A stretch of DNA of 64,000 nt from Octopus bimaculoides (GCF_001194135.2 NC_068983.1:79926204-79990203); one strand, 5' to 3'. Shown: positions 1 through 13,600, counted from the first letter of the stretch. Notes: generated by a model not told the origin, from the letters alone. Program-made: numbers and translations.

Positions 1-160
1 TGCAGTTTTCTGTAATGAGTACAGAATGCTGGGAGTTGAATGTCTGCAGAATCTAGTATTTCAACTTCGAAGAAAGTTTGAGCGCTATAAACATTTCTAA
101 CGTTGATTCAAGGTTACAAATGTGTGTAGTTGATTAAATTGTCCTAAGAATGTTACTGGT

Positions 161-395
161 GGAGGTGAATGACTTAGTGGTTAGGGTGTTGGACTCATGA
201 TCATATAATTATGGTTTCAATTCTTTGATCAGGCAATGCATTATGTTCTTGAGCAAAACACTTCATTTTACATTGCTCCAGTTCACTCAGCTAGCAAAAA
301 TGAGTAATTCTATGATGGACTTGAATCCCAGCCAGGGTAGACTATATACATCAGCTAAACCAGGAAGTCAGTGTTATGAATCTATATGACTTGGG
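161..395 (+). mobile_element. tRNA-derived SINE (family C here; CORE-like centre)
   Basis: A box tgacttagtgg, B box ggtttcaattc, then ttgagcaaaacacttcattt...aaaatgagta. Confidence 0.85.
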
Positions 396-3300
396 AAGGT
401 GCTTTATCTTTTATTACATTTTACTGGTACATTTTTTAAGCCCAGAAGCTAGTCATCCCTAACAGGATTTGTGTGTCAAACAGATATGTCTGATACTGTT
501 TCTAATACACTACCATTTACATGTATAAATACATGCCTACATATAAGCATGCATACATATATACATATATGCTTGATGGAATGTACTACAAATACAGGTG
601 AAAGTTAATGATATTTAAGGAAAAGTAGATAGTCAGGTTTGACCTGAAAATATTGGTTCTCAAAGGTGACACAGGATCATAATGTGCCAAAAAATTGTAG
701 ATTTCCTAACAGATCCAACACATACCTGTATGAAAAAAAGCAGCATGATGTCATACATTTGTAAATTACTCAAGACATGCGGGACAGTTTTGAGATGCGC
801 CATTGTACTGAAATATATAATGAAAGAATGACTACCATACAGAAACAAAATTGTGTTCAGTTTTTTTTTGTATTTTTTCTGAGTTGTTTTTCATGCTGTC
901 ACAACACCTCCCAGTTTGAAAGACAGCAACAAAAGTTTTATTATCCTATTTCTCTTGAAAAGTTTTCATCTGGTTTCTATGTTATCAGTCAATGTTGAAG
1001 ATATTTTAGCCTCTCCTACTCCTCAATGCCTTCATGCATCATGTTAGTTTGAAATGTTTTATAACCTTCTCTTCTCTGCTTCTGGATATCAAAATCTGTG
1101 TCAGATAAAACTGCATTGCTGTTTCATAATTCCTTTTAAATTTCTTTGTGCATTTGTAGATCTTTTTTGAGAACATTTTATTCTGATGGTATTGCAAATG
1201 ACATTGTCAACTCTGATTGAAGAGATTTTCTTTTTGCTTTTAGGTTTCATATTTTTCAAGATGTTGTCAGCTAATCTAAATGAAAAGGGTTATATGAATA
1301 CAAACATTCCTAGTTTGAATGACTAATGTAGGGAAACCTGAAAAACTCAAGTTTTTTTTTATTAATGTATTATATTTGTTAAAAATGAAAGGGATGCTAC
1401 TTCCATAATTTTAGCATACTGTGTCCTAAAACATTTTCTTTGTTATCGCCAGCCATAAAAAGTTTCAATTATATGATTATGTTTAAAGAAGGAAAGCTAT
1501 AGACTTCAAAAATCAGCTCAGTATTTTGATATACTACACATTTTTTTATTATTTTTCTCTTTTTATCAATTACATATTGAACTATCAATTCCCAAATGTT
1601 AAAATATAAAATCATTGTATCAGCTGAACTTTTAAAGTATAGCAGCTAATGACATTGATCACATGACCACTCCTAGGAACTTTCACTATAAATCTTTCAG
1701 ACAGCTTTAAAAAAATGAAGAACTCAATCTCTTTATTTGTACTCACTATCAATTCTGTTTTGAATTGGAAGTGCAGTTCTTACTTTATAATGCAATTTAC
1801 TTTGCAAGAACTTTACAAGCACATCTTACCTTGATTGTTATAACCTAAACATTGTACTTAATGTCCTTTAAATAAAATAGTTTATCCTATCAACTCAACA
1901 TTGCAGATTTTCATGAATCCAACTATTTCCAATATTAAATCTAGAGTTTCCAGGATATGTAATATAATTTTAAATACTTGTGTGCAAGTAATATGTGAGA
2001 AAATAATTTCAGAGTTAATTGTCACTTTTAAAGCAATTATTTAATTTCTTGAATGTCTGTTAGATTGCACATTGAGCAAAGACTGCACACTTGATTCTTT
2101 TAGTTATTAATCATAATAAATCAGAATTTAATGAAAAATAGTTAATGTAATTAGTTGTTACTTTTTAATCTGGGCAGAAGGGAAGTACAATGAACATTAA
2201 ATGTCTCCAGACTGGTCAGATTGTTGCTATTTATGTTCAGCCTGAATTGTTTTCAAGTTGATTACTGTGATGGGGAACAAAAGGAAAGAGATAGTTTGTA
2301 GTGAAGAAAATGTGTCGGGAAATGTGTTTGGTGTGTAATTTTACAAGGCAGACACAGTCTTGTAAGACTACACACAATTAGGAGAATATCTGGAGGATAT
2401 TGAAATGCAGATAATTTTTTTACTACATTTCTGGATAAATATTTCTCAATCAGACAACAGACATTTCCCTCATTCCTCCCTTATATATGGTCTAGAATAT
2501 TGAATGTATAACAGATTCTCTGTCTTAACATTGTGCCATGTTTAAAGTCATGAACTGCTCAAAAGTAAAGTAGTTCCTGACAATCTTTAAAGAGAAGGTC
2601 TTGTAGGGTTTGTGACTTTTAGTGAGTCTGTGGGCTTTAGCTGAGTGTTCATGACTAGTATTGAGATTTTTTCCATGCTATGATTGTATTCTGATGCTGC
2701 TAGAGAAGATCAAGTTCTTATGTTCTTCTGGCTCAACATGTTTAAGTTGTCTATTCTTGGAAACATAGAATTGAGAAGTGAAGGGTAATATCATGTGTAT
2801 TATTATGTGCTTAACTAGAAATAGCAGTAAGTCACTGTGTGAGGGATTGAAGAGTGTTGGAAACCTGAGCCTGGGTATTAGCAGGCATTATGGAAATTAT
2901 GATGGCCATCATTTAGGGAGACAAAAACTAAAAATGATGGAGGAGGTGGTGACTTACACCTGCTTCCATCATCTTTGAGATATTGGAAGTCAGAGTAATA
3001 GATTATTAGGTGACTGAAAAAGAGAGATGTTCTTTCAGGAATAAGACATATTAATGCATGTTTCTTAAATTGTGATAGATACCTATAAAGAGAGAAAGAT
3101 TACCAGGTTTACTGAGGAAAGAAGCCAATTTAGAACTCATTATTTGCAAATATTGGAGTGAATGGAGCAAAGCTGATAGAAAAAAATACCTTCTACTTGG
3201 TGATTATGTTTGTGTGTATGAGAGAGAGAGAGGGGGAGTATGGTGGGAGTGTGAAAGCGATCAGTTCAGAAGTTGTTTCTGCCATATTTCTTGCTATTAA

Positions 3301-4689
3301 GGATGCCAGAAACTAACTTTGCATACTTAAGACCAAAGGTTACCATTTTCAGAGTTAATTTTAATCCCATGTCTTAATACTGTAAAAATCAAAGAAAAAA
3401 ATGACAAAACGACAAATGCAGACTTTAAAAGATCATGTGAAAATTTTGAGACTTTGTATTGCATTTTTCTTTTAAAACTTTTCAAGTCAAAATTAAGGTT
3501 TCTTCTTTGAGATTGAAGTATCCTCATTGTCAGGAAATATACTAATTTATTCATATGACATTACATTAGCTTTACATACAATATGATAGGTTTGTGATTT
3601 CATTATTAAAACTTTGAAGACGACAGTAAACAGGCAGGATTGTAAGCATGTTTAGGTCTTTATACTCTCAGCTCAAATGCTATCAAGATCAACTTTGCCT
3701 CTTGTTCTTTTGAGCACTTAGATCTATGTTATTGGCTTCCCTCTCTTCTCAAAAGATTGCTGGCCTTGTGCCAACATTAGAATTATTAAAACTTTGATAG
3801 TTTAAGTTAAAATCATCTCTATTTGCTCCATATCAGAATCATTCTTTAATAGTACCATTATAATTCTTTCCTGTTACATTCTAAGATTTACTTTCAAGTA
3901 CTTCATTAACATACAGTGAACAAATGTTTGCAAATAGGTTTGACTTTTATGCAATTACTCTCTGTTTTATTTGTATTATGTATTAGAGGAATATTTGTAT
4001 CAACATTAAACTAACACCACCCTAATTTTTTTATGTTTATCCCAGTTGTTAACATTTCAAATTACTCATTCACACCATATGCTTTGCTGACCTTAATTAT
4101 TGCATAAATGCACTAAGTGTATGTATCAATTGTTTATCAGTGTCTCATTCCTTTTCCAGTTAAATACCACAGATACTTATAATTGCTGCTTACAACAATG
4201 TACCAAACTACTATTTAAAGTTATTTAGTCATACTTTCTTGATATAACTAAAAAACAACTGGGTTTTGTTATTTTGTTTGTTTTTTCAAATCTTGGCAGA
4301 AAGTTAGGAATTCAAATAAACTTTATGTTTAATCAACAAGTTTTGAATAAAAGTCATAAAAGATACAAGGAAAGCATAAATTTGGGCTGGTTTTCTTGAA
4401 GCTTGTTTTATCCATGGTTATTTCCATTATAAAATCTTACTCTTGTGTAACAAATAAAATTACTTTGATTTAACTTCCTTTGTGTCCTTCAGTTAATATC
4501 CAGTGTGTGAACATAGCTTTCATTATCTTGGTGAAATTTTTAAACCTTTAGACGTTCATAATTCTGAGATGAGTGAATTGTCTAGTATGCTACAATCAAA
4601 CTTTTAATCTCTTATTGTAGTTTGTTTTTTAAAGCTCTGCTTTGATCACTGTGATCTTCAAATGTTTCAGATACAATATTTAACATATA

Positions 4690-5883
4690 CAGGGGTTGGA
4701 CAAAATAATGGAAACACCTAGCATCATAGCATCATAATTTTGAAATATCTACAAAACTGTCAAAAGCTTGATTATTTCTATATTTTTGATTTATTATTAG
4801 TGTTGCCTAATATGTTTTGCTAAAATTCCTGTTTCTTTTCAAATATCATAAAAAAAAGGTAATTATAATTCATTAAAATGACAGATCTATCAGACTTTCA
4901 AAGAGGTCAAATCGTTGGTGCTTGCATGGAAGGCACTAGCATAACAAAAACAGCCGGAATGTTTGATGTATCAGGAAGTACTATACTGAAAGTAATAACA
5001 GCCTTTGTGAAAGAGGGAAAAACCTCCTCGTTGAAACAAACCTCCAGAAGAAAACCAAAACTTTCAGATAAGGACTGTCGGACTCTTATGCGAATTGTTA
5101 GAAAGGATCACAAAAGTACAGCTCCCAAAATTACTGCAGAACCCAGTTTCCACAAAAACTGTTCACTGGGAACTGCACAAAGCTGGATTTCACAAACTTT
5201 GTAAAGTGTTTAGAGTGGAGTAAAAACCTACAGAATTGGTCCCTAGAGCAGTGAAAGAATGTTATTTTCTCGGACAAGTCATCCTTTGCCTTATTTCTGA
5301 CCACTGGCTGAGTATACATGTGGAGACAGCCAAAAGAAGCATTTGACCCAAACTGCCTTCTTCCAACTGGTAAACATCTGTGATGATCTGGTGAGGGGCT
5401 ATATCTTGGAAATCCACCAAGCCCAATGGTTTCCCTTCATGGCAGAATTAATAGTCAAGACTGTTTAAGCATTTTATCTGATCAAATTCATCCTATGGTT
5501 GCAGAACTGTTTCCAGAGGGAAACACAATCTTTCAGAATGATAATGCACCAATTCACACAGCTAAAGTTGTTATTGAATGGCATAAGGAACCTTCTAGTG
5601 AAGTTGAACATCTTATCTGGCCACCACAGTCCCCAGATCTCAATATTGATGAACATTTATGGTGCATTTTAGAAAAACAAGTAAGGAGTCAATATCCTCC
5701 ACCATCATCACTACAAGAACTGGAGATTGTTTTAGCTGAGGAATGGGCAAAACTTCCTTTGGAAACAATTCAAACTTTGTATGAGAATTCAAGCTGTAAT
5801 TACTGCTAAGGGTGGTCCTACCCCATATTAAAATTAATTTGTTTGAAATTTTAAGGTGTTTCCATTATTTTGTCCAACCCCTG
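4690..5883 (+). mobile_element. Full-length Tc1/mariner DNA transposon (1194 bp), DD36E-type, inactivated
   Basis: Perfect 30-bp TIRs (caggggttggacaaaataatggaaacacct at 4690-4719; reverse complement at 5854-5883) flanked by TA on both sides (4688-4689, 5884-5885), enclosing a transposase pseudogene. Confidence 0.97.
4878..5831 (+). pseudogene. Tc1 transposase pseudogene with frameshifts, small deletions and stops
   Basis: N-terminal HTH (MTDLSDFQRGQIVGA), GRKPKL-like RRKPKLS, FSD(K)SSF, FQNDNAPIHT, WPPQSPDLNIDEHLW and terminal KGGPTPY*. ORF pieces 4878-5204 and 5426-5809. Confidence 0.95.
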
Positions 5884-6339
5884 TATTCATTAATTCTTTG
5901 CTAGGTTTAAAAAGCTCAAAGACATAAGTTTTAAACTTTTATTCCAACATATCTATTCAGAGACAAAGACAGTTATACACATTGAAACTTTTAAGAAATG
6001 TTCAAACTTGGAATCCCATCTTTAGTGAAGTTGTAGTTGCCAAAAAAAAAAAAAAAAGGGGAGGAAGAGCAAAATGAAATGGTGTCTGAAAAGAAAATGC
6101 TATCTGAATGTCATTATTACTCAAATTCATTTATTTTTAACATGAATAAGAAAGTGGACTTCATCTTGATAATTTTGATAATTTCTTGCTTTGAGTTTCT
6201 CATCAATCTTGTCTCATCATGATACCTTATATTATTTGAACTGGATGTTACTTTCATCTGTGTGAGTGATGCTTTATCCCATTTTTTTTTTTAATATTAT
6301 TATTGTTGTTATTGTTATCAAAGTGATGGATTAGTAGAA

Positions 6340-6720
6340 TATTTAGAGCTTGGGTCAAACTTTTTTGCAGTATTTTCTCTGGTTCATTACATTCTGAATT
6401 CAAATGCTGTTGAGAACAACCTTGTCTTTCATCTCCCCAGGCTTGGTAGAATAAAGTACCAGTCAAGTACTGAGGTTGATTTAATCAAGTAATTCTATTC
6501 CACAAATTTCTGGCCTTGTGCCTACATTACAAACAATTAAGGACAGTGGAGTGACTGAATTGTTAGCACATCAGATAAGATACCTTGCAGTATTTTTCTC
6601 TTGTCTTTACATTCCGGGTTTTGTTAAAATAAAATACTACTCTAATACTGGGTTCAGTTTGATTGATTGACTTCTTCCCTCAAAATTGCTGGCCTTGTGC
6701 CTAAATTAGCAACAATTACT
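6340..6720 (+). mobile_element. Two tandem decayed family A SINEs
   Basis: Two repeats of the ...aagtaccag...ggccttgtgcct tail. Confidence 0.7.
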
Positions 6721-6829
6721 ACTATCAGTCTTATTTCACAAAAAATATTTATTTTATTTAAACATTTTTTGAGGTCTTGAATTTGCAAAAATTGTTTTTA
6801 TCTAAATAGAAATAAAAAAAATATAATTT

Positions 6830-6888
6830 GAAATATAAATATGAACATGCATTGGAAATATAAATATGAACATGCATTGGAAATATAA
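6830..6888. repeat. 25-bp tandem duplication (about 2.3 copies)
   Basis: aaatataaatatgaacatgcattgg twice plus aaatataa. Confidence 0.95.
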
Positions 6889-8049
6889 GGCATCTTCTTG
6901 TCTTATCCACCTAATCTCATCTACTGTTAGGGAGGTGCATATATATATATAAATATATTGGTGAGAATTGGTGTTATCTTCTGCATAAAAGAAAACAAAG
7001 ACAAAGCCAAAATCCTGCTAAGACCATATCGTCAACTGTTCTGGTGATAATCTATGTACGCCTTCTTTATGGCAGAATTGGTCTTTAGTGATAGTGCTGT
7101 ATGTACAAGTTCTTTTCTCTGTACATAAGGTAAAGAAACAAACATGTTACCTACTTAGGACATTTATAACCAGGGACTTAGCTATCTTGAGGAGAAATTT
7201 AACACCATACATGATGTCAGCTGCTATCTTATAGATTTTGTAAAGTGTTCCCTCATTTTATTTTGTTTTCTGTATCTTGCTTCTCTTTTTATCCTCTGCT
7301 TTTTTTTTCTTCGTTTTTCTTTGTCTTCTTCATCAACAAGAATTGTAAGATATAATACAAGCTCAGAACCCAGAACTTCACACCTATGATGAAAATTTCA
7401 AAGTTCTTATCAGCAAACCTATAAAACAAGAATTCAAGTTTATTTCCATCTGTCATAAAATCAATAGCAGAAACAAGAGAATGGGTGAACATGTTTACCT
7501 TGGTTTAAATGCCTACTGTTTTTACAATCGATAAACAAATGTAAAAAGTTGTGTCATTTTATGGAGAATTCTCGAGAAAGAAGCTCCTGCTACTCTGGTG
7601 TTTAGCGAGCACAAAACAAAACATTCTCAACATAACATCATGAAATATATAAACTATGCACAAAGTTAAGCCAGTGAGAAAATTTATAAGTGGTCACTCG
7701 ATCTACTAAAAATAGCAACCAAATTTCCTTTAAATCACATCCTACTATCTTCAAAAAGGAAAGCATAGAGTAGATAATGTAGATCTAAATACCTTGGAAA
7801 ATACAGAATGTTTATGGTTGAAATGTCTTTGATCACAGGTTTGACTGATCACGGGTCACCTGTGGCTAAACACCTTCAACTGTACACAAAACTATTACAT
7901 ATTGGCATTAACTGAAGCTATCACATAGCATTAATTGAAAGTTCAATGTATAAAAAGGCAGTACCTCAGCATGGCCACAGCTCAATGACTGAAATAATTT
8001 AAACGGAATATTGTAACTTCTGTGGTCAATCAAAGACAGTTTTTTTTTC

Positions 8050-8240
8050 TTTCTTTTTATCATAGGCACAAGGACTGACAAATGTGAGCAGGCAGATATT
8101 GTAAATTAAATCAGCTCAGTACTTAATTTGTATTTATTTCATCAACCTCTGGAATGACAAAGAGTAAGGCTGACCCCAGTCAGATTTGAACTCAGAATCT
8201 AAAAGGACGTAACTAAATATCACAAAGCATTTTGTCAGAT
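8050..8240 (-). mobile_element. Decayed family A SINE
   Basis: ggcacaagg...atttgaactcagaat is the reverse complement of family A. Confidence 0.7.
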
Positions 8241-9849
8241 GTTACTCTACTGATTTTTGCCAATTTAAAGCAAAATTACAACCCTCACATCAGTGTTAAT
8301 AAACAACAATGTAGATACTGCTTTCATCTTAAAAATTTGACTGACTTTAAAGAAAAAATGGTTCTACTGCATCTCTCAGTAACTTTCAGATCACATCAAT
8401 CATTTCTTTCAGAAGATCACTCAAGGGAATGGTGCTGCAATAATTCTAAGAAGTAACTTTCTAACAAGACTGATACCCCTAAAATGTTCATATCTCTTTG
8501 AATGTGTTAACTGCACTATCAAATTTTCTACTGAAAAATTCTGTGTAACATTTTGTATACACAGAACTTTCATAATTTCCATGAGGAATTTCAGCAAGTG
8601 TTTTAACTTTGGTCTTTAATATTGTTATCTGAAGTAACATCAGCATTTACTTGAAGAGCAACTATAATGTTCTCAAAATTTTTAGCAACTTGAAACAACT
8701 GTCCATGTTCCAAGCCAATGACAAAGCCATCCACAAGGCTGGCAACATTGTATATTTATCATCATTGTTGTTAATTAGACCAATGTCATTTCTGATTGAG
8801 CAGACATGTTATTCAAAGGCATTCAAACTCTGACCATCCCCTTTTTTTAAATTTTTATTTTTGCTTTTTATTTTCTGGTATTATGTACCCATGACTATTT
8901 TATCTAATGTGTTCTTTCTTAAGATAGTAGAAATATGGCTGCTATTTCTTGCATATTTCTGGACTTCAACAAAGAAAATTTCAATTTCTGTTATAAAGAT
9001 GCAAGCAAGCAAAATACTCTTCCATCTTTCATGAATATATCCACACACATACACACCAACAGTTTTAATTCTTTCTTCAACAAAATACATTTTAAACATT
9101 TCTATTCTTTAATTTCTCTTCTCCTAATTACCTACCTGAAGAAATCATTTTGATCTCCTTAGTACTTTGATATTTTTCTCAGTACCCCAAATTCACAAGA
9201 GTCTAGGATTATATCTCCATAGCTAATATATAATCAGCTGCTTAGAATTTATTTTTAATCTTTTTTAAAATATTCTCATCCTTGTAAGAATTTTCAACTC
9301 ATTTTTAAAAACTGGCTTGATGGAGGGTCTGAAACTGTCTCTACTATCCTAAAATGCCCAAGAGCCAGATTCTAGTTTTTTGTTGTTGTTTTTTTCATTA
9401 TCCAGTAACAGTGCCTTTCATTAAGAAGCTCATTGGAAAGTCTGTATGTTGTTGCTTTGATCATCTCACACACAATAGCCCATATCCTCTAGCATAATTT
9501 GCATACAAGATTTTTTTGTACAAACAATAATTATGTTATAAGCTTACCTTGAACTTAGTAGTCTTTTCTGTTCAGGTTTGATCACAATAATATCTAAAGA
9601 TATGTTTTTTCATCTGTATTTTATCTACAATATTTGATAGAACAGGTTATAGCATTCATTTGGATATCTGAAATGTGTTTATAGTGATTTGCATCTTCTT
9701 ATATAACAAGACATACACAAAGAATAGTAATTAGTCAAATAAAACCAGAAACTTTATATGTAATACAAGGTGTAGCTTAGGGCTGAAGCATTGATTCTAT
9801 TCTATTTAAAATGAACATTTATCTCATAACCTTTTTGCTGAAACCATTG

Positions 9850-10325
9850 GCAATATGCTGTGCTTGAGAAGACCTGTCAAGCCAAGTGAAATCATAGGTG
9901 CGGCTGATGCTGGTATCACATAACTGACACCCATGTTGGTGGCACATAAAAAGTACCTTTCAAGCATTGGGCCTTACTGAGGTAAAGTGGCCAATGCCAG
10001 TGGCACATGAAAAGCTCCTTTAGAGTGTTGGGTCTCATGGAGGCTATGATGAATGGCCAAGACCTTTGACATTATGTCATGCTTGAGAAGAAGACCCATC
10101 AAGCCAAGTAAAGTTGCAGTCATGACAGATACTGGTGTCACACAAACTGCACTCATGCCTGTGTCATGTAAAAACATCCATTACACTCTCAGAGTCATTG
10201 GCATTAGGAAGAGCATCCAGCCAAATCAGACTGGAGTTTGGTGCAGCCTTCCAGCTTGTCAGCCTTAGTCAAACTGTCCAACTCATGCCAGCATGGACAA
10301 TGAACGTTAAATGTTGATGATGATG
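9850..10325 (+). mobile_element. RTE 3'-UTR-only copy (5'-truncated LINE or partner SINE)
   Basis: Same modules as 58500-59218; ends gttaaatgttgatgatgatga. Confidence 0.85.
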
Positions 10326-10391
10326 AATTATACTACACAGTTTTATACAGATAGATGACCATTGAGCTATCAATATTTTTTACAACCCTAA

Positions 10392-10603
10392 GGCAGCGAG
10401 CTGGCAGAAACGTTAGCATGCCGGACGAGATACTTAGTGGTATTTCATCTGTCTTTACATTCTGAGTTCAAATTCCACCACGGTTTTGCCTTTCATCCTT
10501 TTGGGATCAATAAATTAAGTACCAGCAACATACTGGGTCGATCTAATCGCCTGGCACTCTCCCCAAAAATTTCGGGCCTTGTGCTTAGAGTAAAAAAGAA
10601 TAT
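10392..10603 (+). mobile_element. tRNA-derived SINE (family A here; Meta-domain-like centre), well preserved
   Basis: ggcagcgagctggcagaaacgttagc; B box gagttcaaattcc; gcctttcatccttttgggatcaataaattaagtaccag; A/T tail. Confidence 0.9.
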
Positions 10604-11329
10604 TTTTTACAACTCTCTCAGAATAGATCCACCAGACATTATTAACAATATTAACAAAGGGTTGAATAATTTCTATGACACACTAAATACCACAATGTCA
10701 GAAATCATAGTCTTTCCTTTCTAACAATTATAGCAAATTCCTTTTTGAAACCATCCATCATAATGTCACAAATATATCTATTTCTCAAGAGACAAAATAA
10801 CTTTTGTTGTTATATTAGACTAATGCATGACTGTGTACTGAGTTATTGTTATTACTTTATGTAACTTAAAAGACAAAATCAGTGAATTCCAGGCTAAAGT
10901 TTTCATTAACGTCACAAAGAGAAACATTGCCCTCAAAGCAGTTTTCTCTTAGTTTATGTAATATACATACATATATTATCTTTTTTTTCTTTTCTTTTTT
11001 TTTTCTTTATACATATAGAGAGCTACATTGTCCAGTGTAACCATCCCTAATTCTCAAAGAAAATATTTTTTAATTAATAAAATATGGAAAGGAAAAAAAA
11101 TAAAGTGAAATAACATAGCAAAATAGTGCATACCTGAAACTACTTTGATGTTTTCTCCTGGTAGTATGTAAATAATATTTTCTTTATTTCTTTAAAATTA
11201 TAATTGCTAAAACAACAACAAAAAAAAAGAGTAAGTTATTCTGGTGGCTGTAAAAAGGGTAAATACCTCCTTTGTTCATGAATGACCATGGCATTGCACC
11301 TGGAAAGTTACCCTCTGAGGCACAAGTCC

Positions 11330-11597
11330 AGGCAAGGTTGTTTGTGGAAGACCAGCAGTTGCCCATGCATACCAGCCTCCCTTCTCCATGCCACTGATGT
11401 TATCCAAGGGAAAGGCAAAGGCCGACACAGTTTGGCACCAATCACATCGCAACCCATTTCTACAGCTGAGTGTAGTGGTGCAATGTGAAATAAATTGTCT
11501 TGCTCAAAAACACAACACACAGCCCAGTTCAAGAATCGAACTCATTATCTCATGATTGTGAGCCCAAAACTCTAACCAGTGAGCCATGTGTCTTCAC
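11330..11597 (-). mobile_element. tRNA-derived SINE (family C)
   Basis: Reverse complement of the 161-395 head and centre. Confidence 0.8.
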
Positions 11598-11636
11598 CTT
11601 CTGATGACTGTATGTGATAAGTAAATGTTAGTTTAA

Positions 11637-11833
11637 CCCTTTAGCATTTAAACCGGCCATAACCTGCCAAAATATTCTACCCATTTTAAGTTCAGACCTA
11701 CTCTACAATATCATTCTAAAATAAACAATCACATCATTTGAAATATTGAAGCTACAAGATAATGTATGATAAATTCAAAACAATCTAAGTAAATAAGCAT
11801 AACATTTGATAGAGTAATCTGAATACTAAAGGG
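11637..11833. mobile_element. piggyBac-like MITE
   Basis: TTAA on both sides (11633-11636, 11834-11837); TIRs ccctttagcatt / aatactaaaggg match at 11 of 12 positions. Confidence 0.85.
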
Positions 11834-12129
11834 TTAAAGTTGGGAACAGGCTGGAAAAGAGGAGGTAATTGCGGTGAATGGAAGCTGTAGAGAATGAGCA
11901 AAGATGGTATTCAAGATAGATAATGAAAGCAACAGTTTAATTAAATGTACTATAAATGAACTTTGAAGATTTAACTATAATTTTAGACCAAGCCTAGATG
12001 TTGTTTAGAAACATATATAGATATACTTACATTATAATCATTATAATATTGATTGTGGTCTCAAAAGTTGTCTATTTTAATATGCAACTATAAAGCATCT
12101 ACTATATGTTTCAAAGAACATCTAGATCA

Positions 12130-12410
12130 TTATCATTATCATTTTGCATCTGCTTTCCATGACGGTAACTGGTAAGCCAGAGAGCTGTACTAAGTTCCAG
12201 TCTGATCTAACATGGTTTCTACAGCTGGATGCCCTTCCTAATGTCAACCACTCCAAGAGTGTAATAAGTGCTTTTTATGTACCACCAGCATGGGTGTTTT
12301 TGTGTGTCTCTGGCATGGGTGCTTTTACATGCCACCAGCATTGGCCATGACTAAAATTTCACTCAGTTTGATGAATCTTCTCAAGCACAGCATACTGCCA
12401 ATATATATAT
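12130..12410 (-). mobile_element. RTE 3'-UTR-only copy
   Basis: Reverse complement of the family tail (ctggatgcccttccta...accactcc), with a (CAT)n-like tail at the left. Confidence 0.8.
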
Positions 12411-12874
12411 GTGTGTATATGTGTATATAGATGTGTATATTCATGAACAAATCACAATTATAATGGAGAGGGTTTCAGAAACCCTTTCATGTCTAGAAAT
12501 AACAGTCAAAACTGCTATAAAGCCACTATAACCACTCATATTTTATTTCTTCACAATAAAGCTGTTAGCAGGTGACATGACATAAAATTCAAACTTAAAT
12601 AAAAGGTTAACTTTCTATTGCAATTTCGAAGTTAGGAACCAAAAACGGTTCCACTCTTCTCTTCAGGAGAATATTCCTGTAGATAGAAATTAACACAAAA
12701 AACATACCTTGGGGCTTACATGTTTCCTGACCAGAAAGAATAATGTGTCAGCCTCTATCTTTATGAAAGCTTTTGATTGCATGTTTGCCCATTGATATAT
12801 TCGTAAATAATGTAAATAATTATGAATTGTTTATGATATATCCTTCATAATGTATTTTTACATTCCTCTTTAAT

Positions 12875-12934
<60 letters not shown>

Positions 12935-13022
12935 TGTGTGTGTGTATGTGTGTATATATATTTATATATATGTGTGTGTGTATATATATGTATATATATA
13001 TGTGTGTGTACACACACACACT
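12875..13022. repeat. Compound (TA)n/(TG)n microsatellite
   Basis: Direct inspection. Similar tracts at about 15165-15205, 17185-17350, 18505-18545, 33025-33130, 35120-35166 and 47355-47477. Confidence 0.95.
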
Positions 13023-13304
13023 GGGATATTCTTATATCCTTTCTGATGTCTCTTATGCTTAGTTTATTTCTCAACACATTTGCACTTTGTTCTACATGCA
13101 TACTGATGTTGCTAAAGTATTCAAAAACTGTTGAGATTTTCTTTTATGGTTTGCTTTGACTGATGTACACTCTCCACATGGATGATGAAGTATTGTTTGT
13201 TAATAAAAATGTGTGTATTCTTACAAAAGTGTTAACTTATTAACCTCTCATATCCTCCTCTCTACTTCTACTAGCTTCTAGCTTTATGAACCAAGAAGTG
13301 CTAT

Positions 13305-13600
13305 GTGGTGTCTTGAATTGCTAGAAATAACAGCCAAACCTCCTACAAATCACATCCTACTGTCTTATTATAATATGGTATTTGATAATATAACCCTAGC
13401 TTGATATGTATCTGAAAAGAAATGAAATAGTCATGACTAGAATGTCTTTGATCAGAAGTATTCTTGATCAGGGATGACTTCAACTAAAGAACAACAAAAA
13501 CAACAGCAAGGGAGCCTGTATATGATCATTTAGTTTGCTGAAAATAACTGCTAAATCCCTCAAATCAAATCCTACTCTCTTAAAAAAGAGGCTTCATTAT
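13305..13600 (+). mobile_element. Interspersed repeat (family D here; retroposon 3'-end-like, ending in (CAA)n)
   Basis: gctagaaataacagccaaa...aaatcacatcctac...gaatgtctttgatca recurs at about 7690-7880, 22190-22385 and 16050-16110 (-). Confidence 0.7.

Noticed and set aside
161-230. tRNA-like A/B-box heads here and in other SINEs
   Set aside because: They do not form complete cloverleaves and continue into SINE bodies, so they are not called as tRNA genes.
600-1300. Possible very old RTE RT relic on the minus strand; similar faint relics at 2300-3100, 19000-19100, 32525-32640, 52015-52700 and 55650-56350
   Set aside because: Only fragmentary motif resemblance; family and boundaries cannot be supported without a search.
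7261-7520. Long pyrimidine tract followed by about 60 open codons
   Set aside because: The first AG leads to stops in all frames, and the minus strand resembles a decayed LINE endonuclease (DEEDKEK). Unresolved.
9125-9150. Minus-strand gatttcttcag|gtaggt ratchet-like motif
   Set aside because: The pyrimidine tract is short, there is a nearby AG, and it is on the opposite strand from the strong site.
12640-12745. Minus-strand acceptor, 19-nt exon (12708-12726), donor, 31-nt GT-AG segment and second acceptor
   Set aside because: 31 nt is too short for a normal metazoan intron, splicing it gives an early stop, and it opposes the best-supported strand.
12874-13159. ORFs such as CVCVCV, HTHTHT, YIYIYI and IIIII in the track (also at 17162-17666, 26071-26503, 45442-46052, 47226-47597 and 49692-50253)
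   Set aside because: They are stop-free translations of microsatellites or N gaps, not genes.
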